Part shown: positions 37,601 to 50,800 of the stretch, piece by piece
Layout: the number at the start of each line of letters is the position of its first letter
Numbering within the stretch: position 1 is the first letter of the stretch
Origin: Amphiscolops sp. MND2022
Taxonomy: Eukaryota
Length of the DNA stretch: 64,000 bases
Assembly: GCA_964187785.1 (NCBI GenBank)
Contig: OZ076409.1
Location: 71,178,001 to 71,242,000, forward strand
Direction of reading: 5' to 3'
Notes under the pieces: model-generated
Seen by the model: the letters and a program-made list of their open reading frames with translations, nothing else
The model's database searches: none
Told to the model about the DNA's origin: nothing
Made by a program: the position numbers and the translations under genes

Positions 37601-38472
37601 TTTTTCTAACGGTCCAGCTTATCTTTGCCATTTTTTCGAAAATGCACTCGCCTAAAGGCCTCCCCTGGCCGGTTTTATTCCCAGCAAAACCATTTGGCCC
37701 TAAATACGGAGTTTCAGCGTTCCAGCATTCCCGGGCGAAAAGTTGTGGGACTTAGAAAAATTCAAAAATTTTCAAAAAAAAATTTTCCGTTATTTGGGCC
37801 CCCAAAGTGGGGGAAAAGACCCCCCAACCAGTAAAGCAAGTAAATGCATGTGGAAAGCCCTTGTTTAGAGGAGAAAAATGGCGTTTAGAACGTCTTTTTA
37901 TCTTGGCTCAACGTTGACTTATGACGTTTTGAAGGTGATGTTTGGAGGTGTAAAGCACGAGAATAGTAAACGTTATGAGTATTTATCTGATCTGAAAGCC
38001 ATTGAGATGCAATATGGTTTGCTCAAAACGTAATTCATTGCAGTTTGGCAGTCAATCATCACCCTTTGTTGTCGTTTGACATACTTTTTTGTTGTTATAA
38101 TAAAAAATTTTGTGTATTTATTCATTTTTTTCTCATCAAATAACTTGAAACAGTTGAGTACATTCCATCCCCCCCTTCCGGGGGAGATGAGAATGTACTC
38201 GCAAAAAGCCCCGAACTACGGCCCTTACCTTCCCGAGCTACGCAGTATAAGGATTACATATTGGTTCCGACATTTTCATAGAGTTATATCTTGGTAATCT
38301 GTCTGGATATGCACAAAAATCAGCACGTGCCTTTTAATACCAAGTTGCTCATAACGACAATTATTTTATATCAACGCCCCCATATTTATCAACGCCCCCC
38401 GTCCGTGGGCATGCCGAGGCATGCCCTTCGACGACCCGCACCAAAATATACGTCGAGCGCGGTAGCAGCTAG
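34634..38472 (+). repeat. Three family F cassettes (1261, 1289, 1289 bp)
   Basis: Start GTGCCGGGATTT; junctions at 35894/35895 and 37183/37184. Confidence 0.9.
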
Positions 38473-39741
38473 GTGGCCGTGTCTTTTCGACGTGCTTTTG
38501 CATTGAGGAGTGGGTAGGGCCCCGCGACGACCTAGAAGAATTGGATGCTCACCGAAACGTGCAGAATTCTACGAGATCTCATAGTTTGAGCCATACGATT
38601 TTTCTGAAATTTGGCATGTGGCCTGGAATTGGTGAGTAGGTAAAACGTGTAGGAGGTGATTTTTCCCAAATTCCACTGTGAGAGGAGATATGGGCAAATA
38701 ACGGACCCAAAAATGGCAAAAATGCACATTTTTCAACTTTGTCAGCCAATATCTCGTTCCCAGGTGCCCGGAGCGGGACGCGTTAAGCTGATTATAAACT
38801 CTAGGGTGTTGAGGCTGTACGGGGAAGTCAGGCCCGTTCCGATCGGACTTGTAGTCTTGGAGAAATAACGGTATTTTTGGGGAACCTTTTCTAACGGTCC
38901 AGCTTATCTTTGCCATTTTTTCGAAAATGTACTCGCCTAAAGGCCTCCCCCTGGCCGAATTTACTCCCAGCAAAACCATTTGGCCCTAAATACGGAGTTT
39001 CAGCGTTCCAGCATTCCCGGGCGAAAAGTTGTGGGACTTGGAAAATTTTCAAAAATTTTCAAAAAATTTTTTTTTCGTTTTCCAGGCCCCCAATGAAGGG
39101 GAAACGACCCCCCAACCAGTATTTTGAGTGAATTCATGTGGAAAGCCCTTGTTTTGACGAGAAAAATACCGTTTAGAACATCTTTTTATCTTGACTCAAC
39201 GTTGACTTATGACGTTTTGAATGTGATGTAAGGATGTAGGAGGCATGTGAAAAGTTGATGTTTTGAGTCTTTATCTCATATGAAAGCGGTTGAGATGCAA
39301 GCTGTCCTGCTCAAAACGTCTTTCGTTGTAATTTTCCAGTGCACCAATACCCTTTGGTGTCATATAAACATACTTTTCGTCGATATATTAACAATTTTAA
39401 TGTATTTATTCCCATTTTTATTATCTTATAACTCAAAACAGTTGAGTACATTTCATCTCCCTTTCGGGGGAGATGAGAATGTACTCGCTAAAGACCTAGC
39501 GCCATGACCAAAAGTTTGAAACCCGCGTTTTTTATCTTCTTACAGACTTGTTTTTGTATTTTTTCGGAATTTTTTAAAAATTAATATACTTGAAATACAT
39601 TACTTGACTTTACTACTACAATCCACCTCCAACGTCAACGCCCCCCTGCTTGCATCAACGCCCACCGTCCGTGGGCATGCCGAGGCATGCCCTTCGACGA
39701 CGTATGCCAAATGCCCAGTGCCACGCAGTCATTATCGCTAG
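38473..39741 (+). repeat. Family G cassette (1269 bp)
   Basis: Starts GTGGCCGTGTC; similar to 60818-62088. Confidence 0.9.
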
Positions 39742-42700
39742 GTGCCGGTGTTTTTTTACACAATGGGGGAAGTTGCGCGGTTGGGGAGGGTCCCTGACGC
39801 GCTTCCGTGGTATCGGGTTTTTCAACTAGTGAAATCGACAAAGAAAATTGAGATCTCGTAAACTAGCCATACGATTTGGCTGAAATTTGGCACACGTACC
39901 CCCCTCGGCACGGTGAAGATGATTCCCTACTGACGTTTTGCTCGCTAAACATTTTTTGTTGACCAAAATAACGGTTTTTGGGGTAAAATTTTCAACTTTT
40001 TTTAAATTTCATCTTATATCTCGCCACGGGTTTACGCTAGCGCTTCCAAATCCTGCTGACGAAACCTTGCAAACTGTCTCAGGAATGCGGTGTGAAATTT
40101 TCAGCTCAATCGGACTCAAACTCGGGGAGATATAGCGTTTTTCCGGAGCGGGGGGGTTTCATTTTTCTAACGGTCCAGCTTATCTTAGCCATTTTTTCGA
40201 AAATGTACTCGCCTAAAGACCTCCCCTGGCCGGTTTTATTCCCAGCAAAACCATTTGGCCCTAAATACGGAGTTTCAGCGTTCCAGCATTCCCGGGCGAA
40301 AAGTTGTGGGACTTAGAAAATTTCAAAAATTTTCAAAATTTTTTTTTTCGGTTTTCCGCCCTCCCCCCCGAGGGGAAAAGACCCCCCAACCAGTAATTTG
40401 AGTGAATTCATGTGAAAAGGCCATGTTTAGAGGAGAAAAATCCCGTTTAGATCGTCTTTTTATCTTTATTCAACGTTGACTTATGACGTTTTGAAGGTGA
40501 TGTTTGGAGGTGTAAAGCACGTGAATAGTAAACGTTATGAGTATTTATCTGATCTGAAAGCCATTGAGATGCAATATGGTTTGCTCAAAACGTAATTCAT
40601 TGCAGTTTGGCAATCAATCAACACCCTTTGTTGTCGTTTGACATACTTTTTTGTTGTTATAATAAAAAATTTTGTGTATTTATTCATTTTTTTCTCTTCA
40701 TATAGCTTGAAACAGTTGAGTACATTCCATCCCCCCCTTCCGGGGGAGATGAGAATGTACTCGCAAAAAGCACCGAACTACGGCCCTTACCTTCCCGAGC
40801 TACGCAGTATAAGGATTACATATTGGTTCCGACATTTTCATAGAGTTAAATCTTGGTAATCTGTCTGGATATGCAGAAAAATCAGCACGTGCCTTTCAAT
40901 ACCAAGTTGCTTACAACGACAATTATTTTACATCAACGCCCCCATATTTATCAACGCCCCCCGTCCGTGGGCATGCCGAGGCATGCCCTTCGACGACGTA
41001 TACCAAGATATGTTCGAGCGCGTTAGCCTAGGTGCCGGGATTTTCTATTCGACAAGTTTGCGCGCCTTGGGGAGGGTCCCTTTGCGCGCTTTAAGATCCA
41101 GGTGTTTCCAACTCCTAAACGGGCATGTGATTTCGACGATCTCCTAAACTAGCCATACGATTTGGCTGAAATTTGGCACACGTACCCCCCTCGGCACGGT
41201 GAAGATGATTTCCTACTGACGTTTTTCCCGCTAAACATTTTTTGTTGACCAAAATAACGGTTTTTGGGGTAAAATTTTCAACTTTTTTTCAAATTTCATC
41301 TTATATCTCGCCACGGGTACACGCTAGCGCTTCCAAACCTTGCTGACGAAAGTTTGCAAACTGTCTCAGGAATGCTGTGTGAAATTTGCAGCTCAATCGG
41401 ACTCAAACTCGAGGAGATATAGCGTTTTTCCGGAGCGGGGGGGTTTCATTTTTCTAACGGTCCAGCTTATCTTTGCCATTTTTTCGAAAATGCACTCGCC
41501 TAAAGGCCTCCCCTGGCCGGTTTTATTCCCAGCAAAACCATTTGGCCCTAAATACGGAGTTTCAGCGTTCCAGCATTCCCGGGCGAAAAGTTGTGGGACT
41601 TAGAAAAGTTCAAAAATTTTCAAAAAAATTTTTTTTCCGTTATTTGGGCCCCCAAAGTGGGGGAAAAGACCCCCCAACCAGTAAAGCAAGTGAATGCATG
41701 TGCAAAGCCCTTAGTTAGATGAGAAAAATGTCGTTTAGAACGTCTTTTTATCTTAACTTGACATTGACTTTTGTCGTTTTGAAGGTGACCGTTAGATACG
41801 GAATATTGATGTTTTGAGTATTTATCCCATCTGAAAGCCATTGAGATACAACATGTTTTGCTCAAAACGTGTTTCATTGCAGTTTCGCTGTCCATTATCA
41901 CCCTTTGGTGCCTTTTCACGTAATTTTCGTTTCTATAATAACAATTTTTTTGTGTATTTATTCATTTTTTTCTCATCAAATAACTTGAAACAGTTGAGTA
42001 CATTCCATCTCCCTTCCCGGGGGAGATGAGAATGTACTCGCTAAAGGTCAGGAACTACGGTCTATATCTTCCACAACACAAAAGGGATTGCAAATGGTTT
42101 CAGTTTGTCGCAGAAAACTTCTTTTTGCCCTCTGTGACTCGACAAAATGAACGTTTCTTACTTACTTTGAAACTCAGCATACCACAACTCATCTCTAACG
42201 TCAGCGCCCCCCTAATTGCATCAACGCCCTCCGTCCGTGGGCATGCCGAGGCATGCCCTTCGACGACGTATACCAAGATATACCTGGAGCGCGGTAGCCG
42301 CTAGGTGCCGGGATTTCTATTCGATAAAGTATGTGGCGCGTGTGGGTAGGGTCCCTGGCGCGCTCTTGGGTATGGTGTTCACCAGCTAGGAAATAGGGGT
42401 CGATTTTTCGGGATCTCCTAAACTAGCCACACGATTTGGCTGAAATTTGGCACACGTACCCCCCTCGTCACGGTGAAGATGATTTCCTTCTGACGTTTTT
42501 CCCGCAAAATTTTTTTTGTTGTCCAAAATAACGGTTTTTGGGGTAAAATTTTGAACTTTTTTTAAATTTCATCTTATATCTCGCCACCGGTTTACGCTAG
42601 CGCTTCAAAATCCTGCTAAAGAAAGCTTGCAAACTGTCTCAGGAATGCGGTGTGAAATTTTCAGCTCAATCGGACTCAAACTCGGGGAGATATAGCGTTT

Positions 42701-44877
42701 TTCCGGAGCGGGGGGGTTTCATTTTTCTAACGGTCCAGCTTATCTTAGCCATTTTTTCGAAAATGTACTCGCCTAAAGACCTCCCCTGGCCGGTTTAATT
42801 CCCAGCAAAACCATTTGGCCCTAAATACGGAGTTTCAGCGTTCCAGCATTCTCGGGCGAAAAGTTGTGGGACTAAGAAAAATTTCAAAAATTTTCAAAAA
42901 ATTTTTTTTTCGTTTTCCGCCCTCCCCCCCTAGGGGAAAAGACCCCCCAACCAGTAATTTGAGTGAATTCATGTGGAAAGGCCATGTTTAGAGGAGAAAA
43001 ATGCCGTTTAGAACGTCTTTTTATCTTGGCTCAACGTTGACTTATGACGTTTTGAAGGTGATGTTTGGAGGTGTGAAGCACGTGAATAGTAAACGTTATG
43101 AGTATTTTTCTGATCTGAAAGCCATTGAGATGCAATCTGTTTTGCTCAAAACGTAATTCATATCCGTTTGGTAGTCAATCAACACCCTTTGTTGTCATTT
43201 GACATCTTTTTTTGTTGATATAAGAAAAAATTTCGTGTATTTATTAATTTTTTTCTCATCAAATAACTTGAAATAGTTGAGTACATTCCATCCCCCCTTC
43301 ACGGGGGAGATGAGAATGTACTCGCAAAAAGCCCCAAACTACGGCCCTTACCTTCCTGAGCTACGCAGTATAAAGATTGCATATTGGTTCCGACATTTTG
43401 ATAGAGTTATATCTTGGTAATCTGTCTGGATATGCAGAAAAACCAGCACGTGCTTTTTTATACCAAGTTGCTCACAACGGCATTTATTTTATATCAACGC
43501 CCCCATATTTATCAACGCCCCCCGTCCGTGGGCATGCCGAGGCATGCCCTTCGACGACGTATACCAAGATATGTTCGAGCGCGTTAGCCTAGGTGCCCGG
43601 ATTTCTATTCATTAAAGTATGTTGCGCGTGTGGGTAGGGCCCCTGGCGCGCTCTTGTGTCCCTGTTCTCATAACTGCAATTTCCGGCAGCATTCTGAGCG
43701 ATTTTCTAAACTATCCATACGATTCGGCTGAAATTTGGCACACGTACCCCCCTCGGCACGGTGAAGATGATTTCCTACTGACGTTTTTCCCGCAAAATTT
43801 TTTTTGTTGTCCAAAATAACGGTTTTTGGGGTAAAATTTTGAATTTTTTTTAAATTTTATCTTATATCTCGCCACGGGTTTACGCTAGCGCTTCAAAACC
43901 CTTCTAAAGAAAGCTTGCAAACTGTCTCAGGAATGCTGTGTGAAATTTTCAGCTCAATCGGACTCAAACTCGGGGAGATATAGCGTTTTTCCGGAGCGGG
44001 GGGGTTTCATTTTTCTAACGGTCCAGCTTATCTTAGCCATTTTTTCGAAAATGTACTCGCCTAAAGACCTCCCCTGGCCGGTTTTATTCCCAGCAAAACC
44101 ATTTGGCCCTAAATACGGAGTTTCAGCGTTCCAGCATTCCCGGGCGAAAAGTTGTGGGACTTAGAAAATTTCAAAAATTTTCAAAAATTTTTTTTTCCGT
44201 TTTCCGCCCTCCCCCCTAGGGGAAAAGACCCCCCAACCAGTAATTTGAGTGAATTCATGTGGAAAGGCCATGTTTAGAGGAGAAAAATGCCGTTTAGAAC
44301 GTCTTTTTATCTTGGCTCAACGTTGACTTATGACGTTTTGAAGGTGGTGTTTGGAGGTGTAAAGCACGCGAATAGTAAACGTTATGAGTATTTATCTGAT
44401 CTGAAAGCCATTGAGATGAATATGGTTTGCTCAAAACGTAATTCATGGCAGTTTGGCAATCAATCAACACCCTTTGTTGTCGTTTGACATACTTTTTTGT
44501 TGTTATAATAAAAAATTTTGTGTATTTATTCATTTTTTTCTCATCAAATAACTTGAAACAGTTGAGTACATTCCATCCCCCCCTTCCGGGGGAGATGAGA
44601 ATGTACTCGCAAAAAGCACCGAACTACGGCCCTAACCTTCCCGAGCTACGCAGTATAAAGATTACATATTGGTTCCGACATTTTCATAGAGTTAAATCTT
44701 GGTAATCTGTCTGGATATGCAGAAAAACCAGCACGTGCTTTTTTATACCAAGTTGCTTACAACGACAATTATTTTATATCAACGCCCCCATATTTATCAA
44801 CGCCCCCCGTCCGTGGGCATGCCGAGGCATGCCCTTCGACGACGTATACCAAGATATTCCCGAGCGCGTTAGCCTAG
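39742..44877 (+). repeat. Four family F cassettes (1290, 1273, 1288, 1285 bp)
   Basis: Internal junctions after 41031, 42304 and 43592. Confidence 0.9.
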
Positions 44878-47800
44878 GTGCGGGGGGGGTAACCCCAACA
44901 AATATATTGGAGGATTCGGGTAGGGTCCTGAATCCGATTTTAACTCTAATAGCTATCGATAGGAAATCTTGCAAAAATTTCGGGATCTCGTGATCTAACC
45001 ATAGGATTTTAAAGTTGGAGCGGCCCCCACCAGATTTTCCGAAAATTAGCGCCCCCCACCGGGTTCCAGCGTGATTGAAATATTTTGACGGGGTACACGG
45101 GCGACCGTTAGGGGTCATTTTGGGGGTAAAATTTATAAAAGTTCGCATAACTTTTTTTCTGTTGATTTAAAACTTTGGAACCCTGCTAAAAGTTTCTTGA
45201 CCGTGTTGCAGGGGCCCCGAAGGTCCAAACCAAATTTTTCTATCTTGAAGCTATCTCCAAGTACCCCCCCGCTCAAACCGTTATTTTACCGGAAACGCAG
45301 GTTTTTGACCCGGAAGGAGTCGTCTGAGCGCGGGGTCGTTAGGTGATGTATTGGGGACGGCCTTGAGACGAAGTGGGGGACAAGTAGTTTGCCAACCTCA
45401 ATTTACCCCCCGGACGGGAAATGACCGTTATATGAGCGTGAAAAATGCCCCCCTCCACGTTTTACCGCTATTTCCGGTGTGAAGGAGTGGGAGTAGCGCG
45501 TCGGGTGTTATATAACAAAAGTAGGTTTAGACAAGGACCTATCGGAAACATGTAGTTTGGGACCCCCTGGACCAACCCGTTAGCGGGAAACGGGGCTTCC
45601 GCCTCCTTTTTTTAGTGCTAAAACCGTAAAATGGGCATTGAGGGGTAAATATCTCGTGAACGCGTGGAGCAATCGTGTCCATCACTACTACAAGGTTTCA
45701 TACCCATGATATGGTGCCTTCAGGGGGGCAAACAGATTTCCGCTATCTATCACCGTTACCGACTTGGCCCCCCAGCCTAACCGCTATGTGACCGGAAATG
45801 TCACTTTTTGAGCCCAAAGGGTCGGTCCCAGCCGGGGAACGTTAGGTAACTTATTGTAGTACTCATTGAGACGAGTTGGGGGATATAGTTTCAGTCACCC
45901 CCCGTTACCCCTTGGGACCGGAAATGACCGTTATGTGGGTAAAATTGCAATTTTTATACTTTTTCAAGTGTATTTAGGTGCGGAAGGAGTGGTAATAGGT
46001 GCTTGGACACTATATGATGATGGGGAGGACGTGAGGCGAGCATTCGGAAATAACCGTTATGTTGACCCTAAAGTCCCCCTGGAACCAGAAGTGACTGGAA
46101 ATTGTCAAATTTTGTGTTTTTAGGGTACAAATGTTTGGTGTTTTCTGGATTAAAGTACAGGTTAGGTGTTTTCACGGTCTGCAGTAGTGAACATAGTCAT
46201 GAAACCTTGTGGGGGGTTACGGTATATAGCACCGGAAGTCCAAAACGTTGGAGACAGGTTAGGTTTTTTGGCTTTAAAATGTTTTTCGGCGTACTTTTGT
46301 CCAATATTATGAACTATTTTTAAAAATTAAAGTTTTTCCATATAGTTTCAGAGACCCCCAAACCTCAACCAACATAACCGTTACATTTTGATAGCCTTTC
46401 AAGTTGGCCTGGTGTCAACTTGGAAGGGCTATCCTTCTAAAATCGTTAATCAAGTGTGTTTTTGGGTATGTTTTTATCATTGTAGAATCAATTAAAGCTC
46501 CAAGAAAAGTTTGCCAACGACAAAAACTATGTCGTGATGATTCCGTTATTAGAATGATGGTTAACAAAATGTTGATAAAGTTAATTTTTTACATTTCAAA
46601 TGTGTCCTAAAAGCCAGAAATCCTCTTTACCAAAAAAATGGTATTGATTGAATTGTATATAACAGGTAATAAAAGTTCAAATTGATTATTACGTTTCATT
46701 ATTCAAGCTAAAACTTCATAACATAGTTTAATTAACGTCAACGCCACACACTTTACATCAACGCCCACCGTCTGTGGGCATGCCGAGGCATGCCCTTCGA
46801 CGACGTATACCAAATACATACCTAACGACGCCCGTACATCCCGGGCTAGGTGCGGGGGGGTAACCCCAACAAAAATTTTGGAGGATTCGGGTAGGGTCCT
46901 GAATCCGATTTTAACTCTAATAGCTATCGATAGGAAATCTTGCAAAAATTTCGGGATCTCGTGATCTAACCATAGGATTTTAAAGTTGGAGCGGCCCCCA
47001 CCAGATTTTCCGAAAATTAGCGCCCCCCACCGGGTTCCATACCCCGGAAAATTTTTTTCTGGCCACACGGGCGACCGTTAGGGGGTCATTTTAGGGGTAA
47101 AATTCATATTGGTCCATATAACTTTTTTCCTGTTGATTTAAAAGTTTGGGAACCCTACTAAAGGTTTTTTGACCATGTTGCAAGGGCTCCGGAGGTGCAA
47201 ACCAAATTTTTCTACCTTGAAGCTATCTCCAAGTACCCCCCCGCTCAAACCGTTATTTTTCCGGAAACGCCGGTTTTTGACCCGGAAGGAGTCGTCTGAG
47301 CGCGGGGTCGTTAGGTGATGTATTGGGGACGGCCTTGAGACGAATTGGGGGACAAGTAGTTTGCCAACCTCAATTTACCCCCCGGACGGGAAATGACCGT
47401 TATAGGAGCGTGAAAATTGCCCCCCTCCACGTTTTACCGCTATTTCCGGTGTGAAGGAGTGGGAGTAGCGCGTCGGGTGCCATATATCAAAAGTAGGTTT
47501 AGACAAGGATCTATCAAAAACATGTGGTTTGGGACCCCCTGACCCAACCCGTTAGCGGGAAATGGGGCTTCCGCCTCCTTTTTTTACGGTTAAAACCGGA
47601 AAATGGACATTGAGGGGTAAATATCTCTTGAACGCGTGGAGCTACGGTGTCCATCACTACTACAAGGTTTCATACCCATGACATGGTGCCTTCAGGGGGG
47701 CAAACAGATTTCCGCTATCTATCACCGTTACGGACTTGGCCCCCCAGCCTAACCGCTATGTGACCGGAAATGTCACTTTTTGAGCCCAAAGGGTCGGTCC

Positions 47801-50800
47801 CAGCCGGGGAACGTTAGGTAACTTATTGTAGTACTCAATGAGACGAGTTGGGGGATATAGTTTCAGTCACCCCCCGTTACCCCTTGTGACCGGAAATGAC
47901 CGTTATGTGGGTAAATTTGCAATTTTTATACTCTTTGAAGTGCATTTATTTGCGGAAGGAGTGGTAATAGGTGCTTGGACACTATATGAGGTAAGGGAGG
48001 ACGTGAGGCGAGCATTCGAAAATAACCGTTATGTTGACCCCAAAGTCCCCCTGGTACCGGAAGTGACCGGAAATTGTCAAATTTTGTGTTTTTAGGGTAC
48101 AAATGTTTAGTGTTTTATGGATTAAAGTACAGGTTAGGTGTTTTCACGGTCTGCAGTAGTGAACATAGTCATGAAACATTGTGGGGGGTTACGGTATATA
48201 GCACCGGAAGACAAAAACGTTGGAGACATGTTAGGTTTTTTGGTTTTAAAATGTCTTTCGGCGTACTTTTGTCCACTATTATGAACTATTTTTGAAAATT
48301 AAAGTTTTTCCAAATAGTTTCAGAGACTCCCAAACCTCAACCAACATAACCGTTACATTTTGATAGCCTTTCAAGTTGGCCTGGTGTCAACTTGGAAGGG
48401 CTATCCTTCAAAATTCGTTAATCAAGTGTGTTTTTGGGTATGTTTGTATCATTTTAGAATCAATTAGAGCTTCAAGAAAAGTTTGCCAACGACAAAAACT
48501 ATGTCGTGATGATTCCCTTATTAGAATAAAAGTTAGCAAATTGTTAACCAAACTGATTTTTTTCCATTTAAAATGAGTCCTAAATGCCAGGAAACCTATT
48601 TACTTAAAAAATGGTATTGATTGGAATGTATGTAACAGATTTATAAAAGTTCAAATTGATTATTACGTTTCATTATGGAAACTGAAACGTAATATTTTAG
48701 TTTAATTAACGTCAACGCCACATACTTTACATCAACGCCCACCGTCTGTGGGCATGCCGAGGCATGCCCTTCGACGACGTATACCAAATACATACCTAAC
48801 GACGCCCGTACATCCCGGGCTAGGTGCGGGGGGGAAACCCCAACAAAATTTTTGGAGGATTCGGGTAGGGTCCTGAATCCGAGTTCAGTGCTGCCAGCTT
48901 TCGTTAAGAAAATTTGGATAGGATTCGGGATCTCGTGATCTAACCATAGGATTTTAAAGTTGGAGCGGCCCCCACCAGATTTTCCGAAAATTAGCGCCCC
49001 CCACCGGGTTCCAGCGTGATTGAAATATTTTGACGGGGTACACGGGCGACCGTTAGGGGGTCATTTTAGGGGTAAAATTCATATTGGGCCACATAACTTT
49101 TTTTCTGTTGATTTAAAACTTTGGGACCCTGCTAAAAGTTTCTTGACCGTGTTGCAAGGGCTCCGGAGGTCCAAACCAAATTTTTCTAGCTTGAAGCTAT
49201 CTCCAAGTACCCCCCGCCCAAAACGTTATTTTTCCGGAAACGCAGGTTTTTGACCCGGAAGGAGTCGTCTGAGCGCGGGGTCGTTAGGTGATGTATTGGG
49301 GACGGCCTTGAGACGAAGCGGGGGACATGTAGTTTGCCGACCCCAGTTTACCCCCCGGACAGGAAATGACCGTTATATGAGCGGGAAAAATGCCCCCCTC
49401 CACGTTTTACCGCTATTTCCGGTGTGAAGGAGTGGAAGTAGCGCGTCGGGTGCCATATATCAAAAGTAGGTTTAGACAAGGACCTATCGGAAACATGTGG
49501 TTTGGGACCCCCTGGACCAACCCGTTAGCGGGAAATGGGGCTTCCGCCTCCTTTTTTTACTGCTAAAACCGTAAAATGGGCATTGAGGGGTAAATATCTC
49601 GTGAACGCGTGGAGCTACAGTGTCCATCACTACTACAAGGTTTCATACCCATGATATGGTGCCTTCAGGGGGGCAAACAGATTTCCGCTATCTATCACCG
49701 TTACCGACTTGGCCCCCCAGCCTAACCGCTATGTGACCGGAAATGTCACTTTTTGAGCCCAAAGGGTCGGTCCCAGCCGGGGAACGTTAGGTAACTTATT
49801 GTAGTACTCATTGAGACGAGTTGGGGGATATAGTTTCAGTCAACCCCCGTTACCCCTTGAGACCGGAAATGACCGTTATGTGGGTAAATTTGCAATTTTT
49901 ATACTCTTTGAAGTGCATTTAGGTGCGGAAGGAGTGGTAATAGGTGCTTGGACACTATATGAAGGAAGGGAGGACGTGAGGCGAGCATTTGGAAATAACC
50001 GTTATGTTGACCCTAAAGTCCCCCTGGTACCGGAAGTGACCCGTAATGGTCAAATTTTGTGTTCAAAGGGTACAAATGTTTGGCATTTTGTAGATAAAAG
50101 TATCTATTAGGTGTTTCGACGGTCTGCAGTCGTGAACATAGTCATGAAAACTTGTGGGGGGTAACGGTATATAGCACCGGAAGTCCAAACCTTTGGAGAC
50201 AGGATAAGTTTTTTGGTTTTAAAATGTCTTTCGGCCTACTTTTGTCGACTATTATGGTCTATTTTTCAAAAATAGAGTTTTTCCATATAGTTTCAGAGAC
50301 TCCGAAACCTCAACCAACATAACCGTTACCTTATGATAGCCTTTCAAGTTGGCCTGGTGTCAACTTGGAAGGGCTATCCTTCAAAAATCATTAATCAAGT
50401 GTTTTTTTGAGTATGTTTGTATTACTTTAGAATCAGTTAGAGCTTCAAGAAAAGTTTGCCAACGACAAAAACTATGTCGTGATGATTCCGTTATTAGAAT
50501 AATGACTAAGAAAATGTTGATAAATTTGATTTTTTACATTTCAAATGTGTCCTAAATGCCAGAAAACCTCTTTACCAATTAAATGGTATTGAGTGAATTG
50601 TATATAACAGCTAATAAAAGTTCAAATTGAATATTACGTTTCATTTTGGAAGCTGAAACGTCATATTGAAGTTTAATTAACGTCAACGCCACATACTTTA
50701 CATCAACGCCCACCGTCCGTAGGCATGCCGAGGCATGCCTTTCGACGACGTATACCAAATTCCACCCACACAACACCCCCGAGCGCGGTAGCAGCTAGGT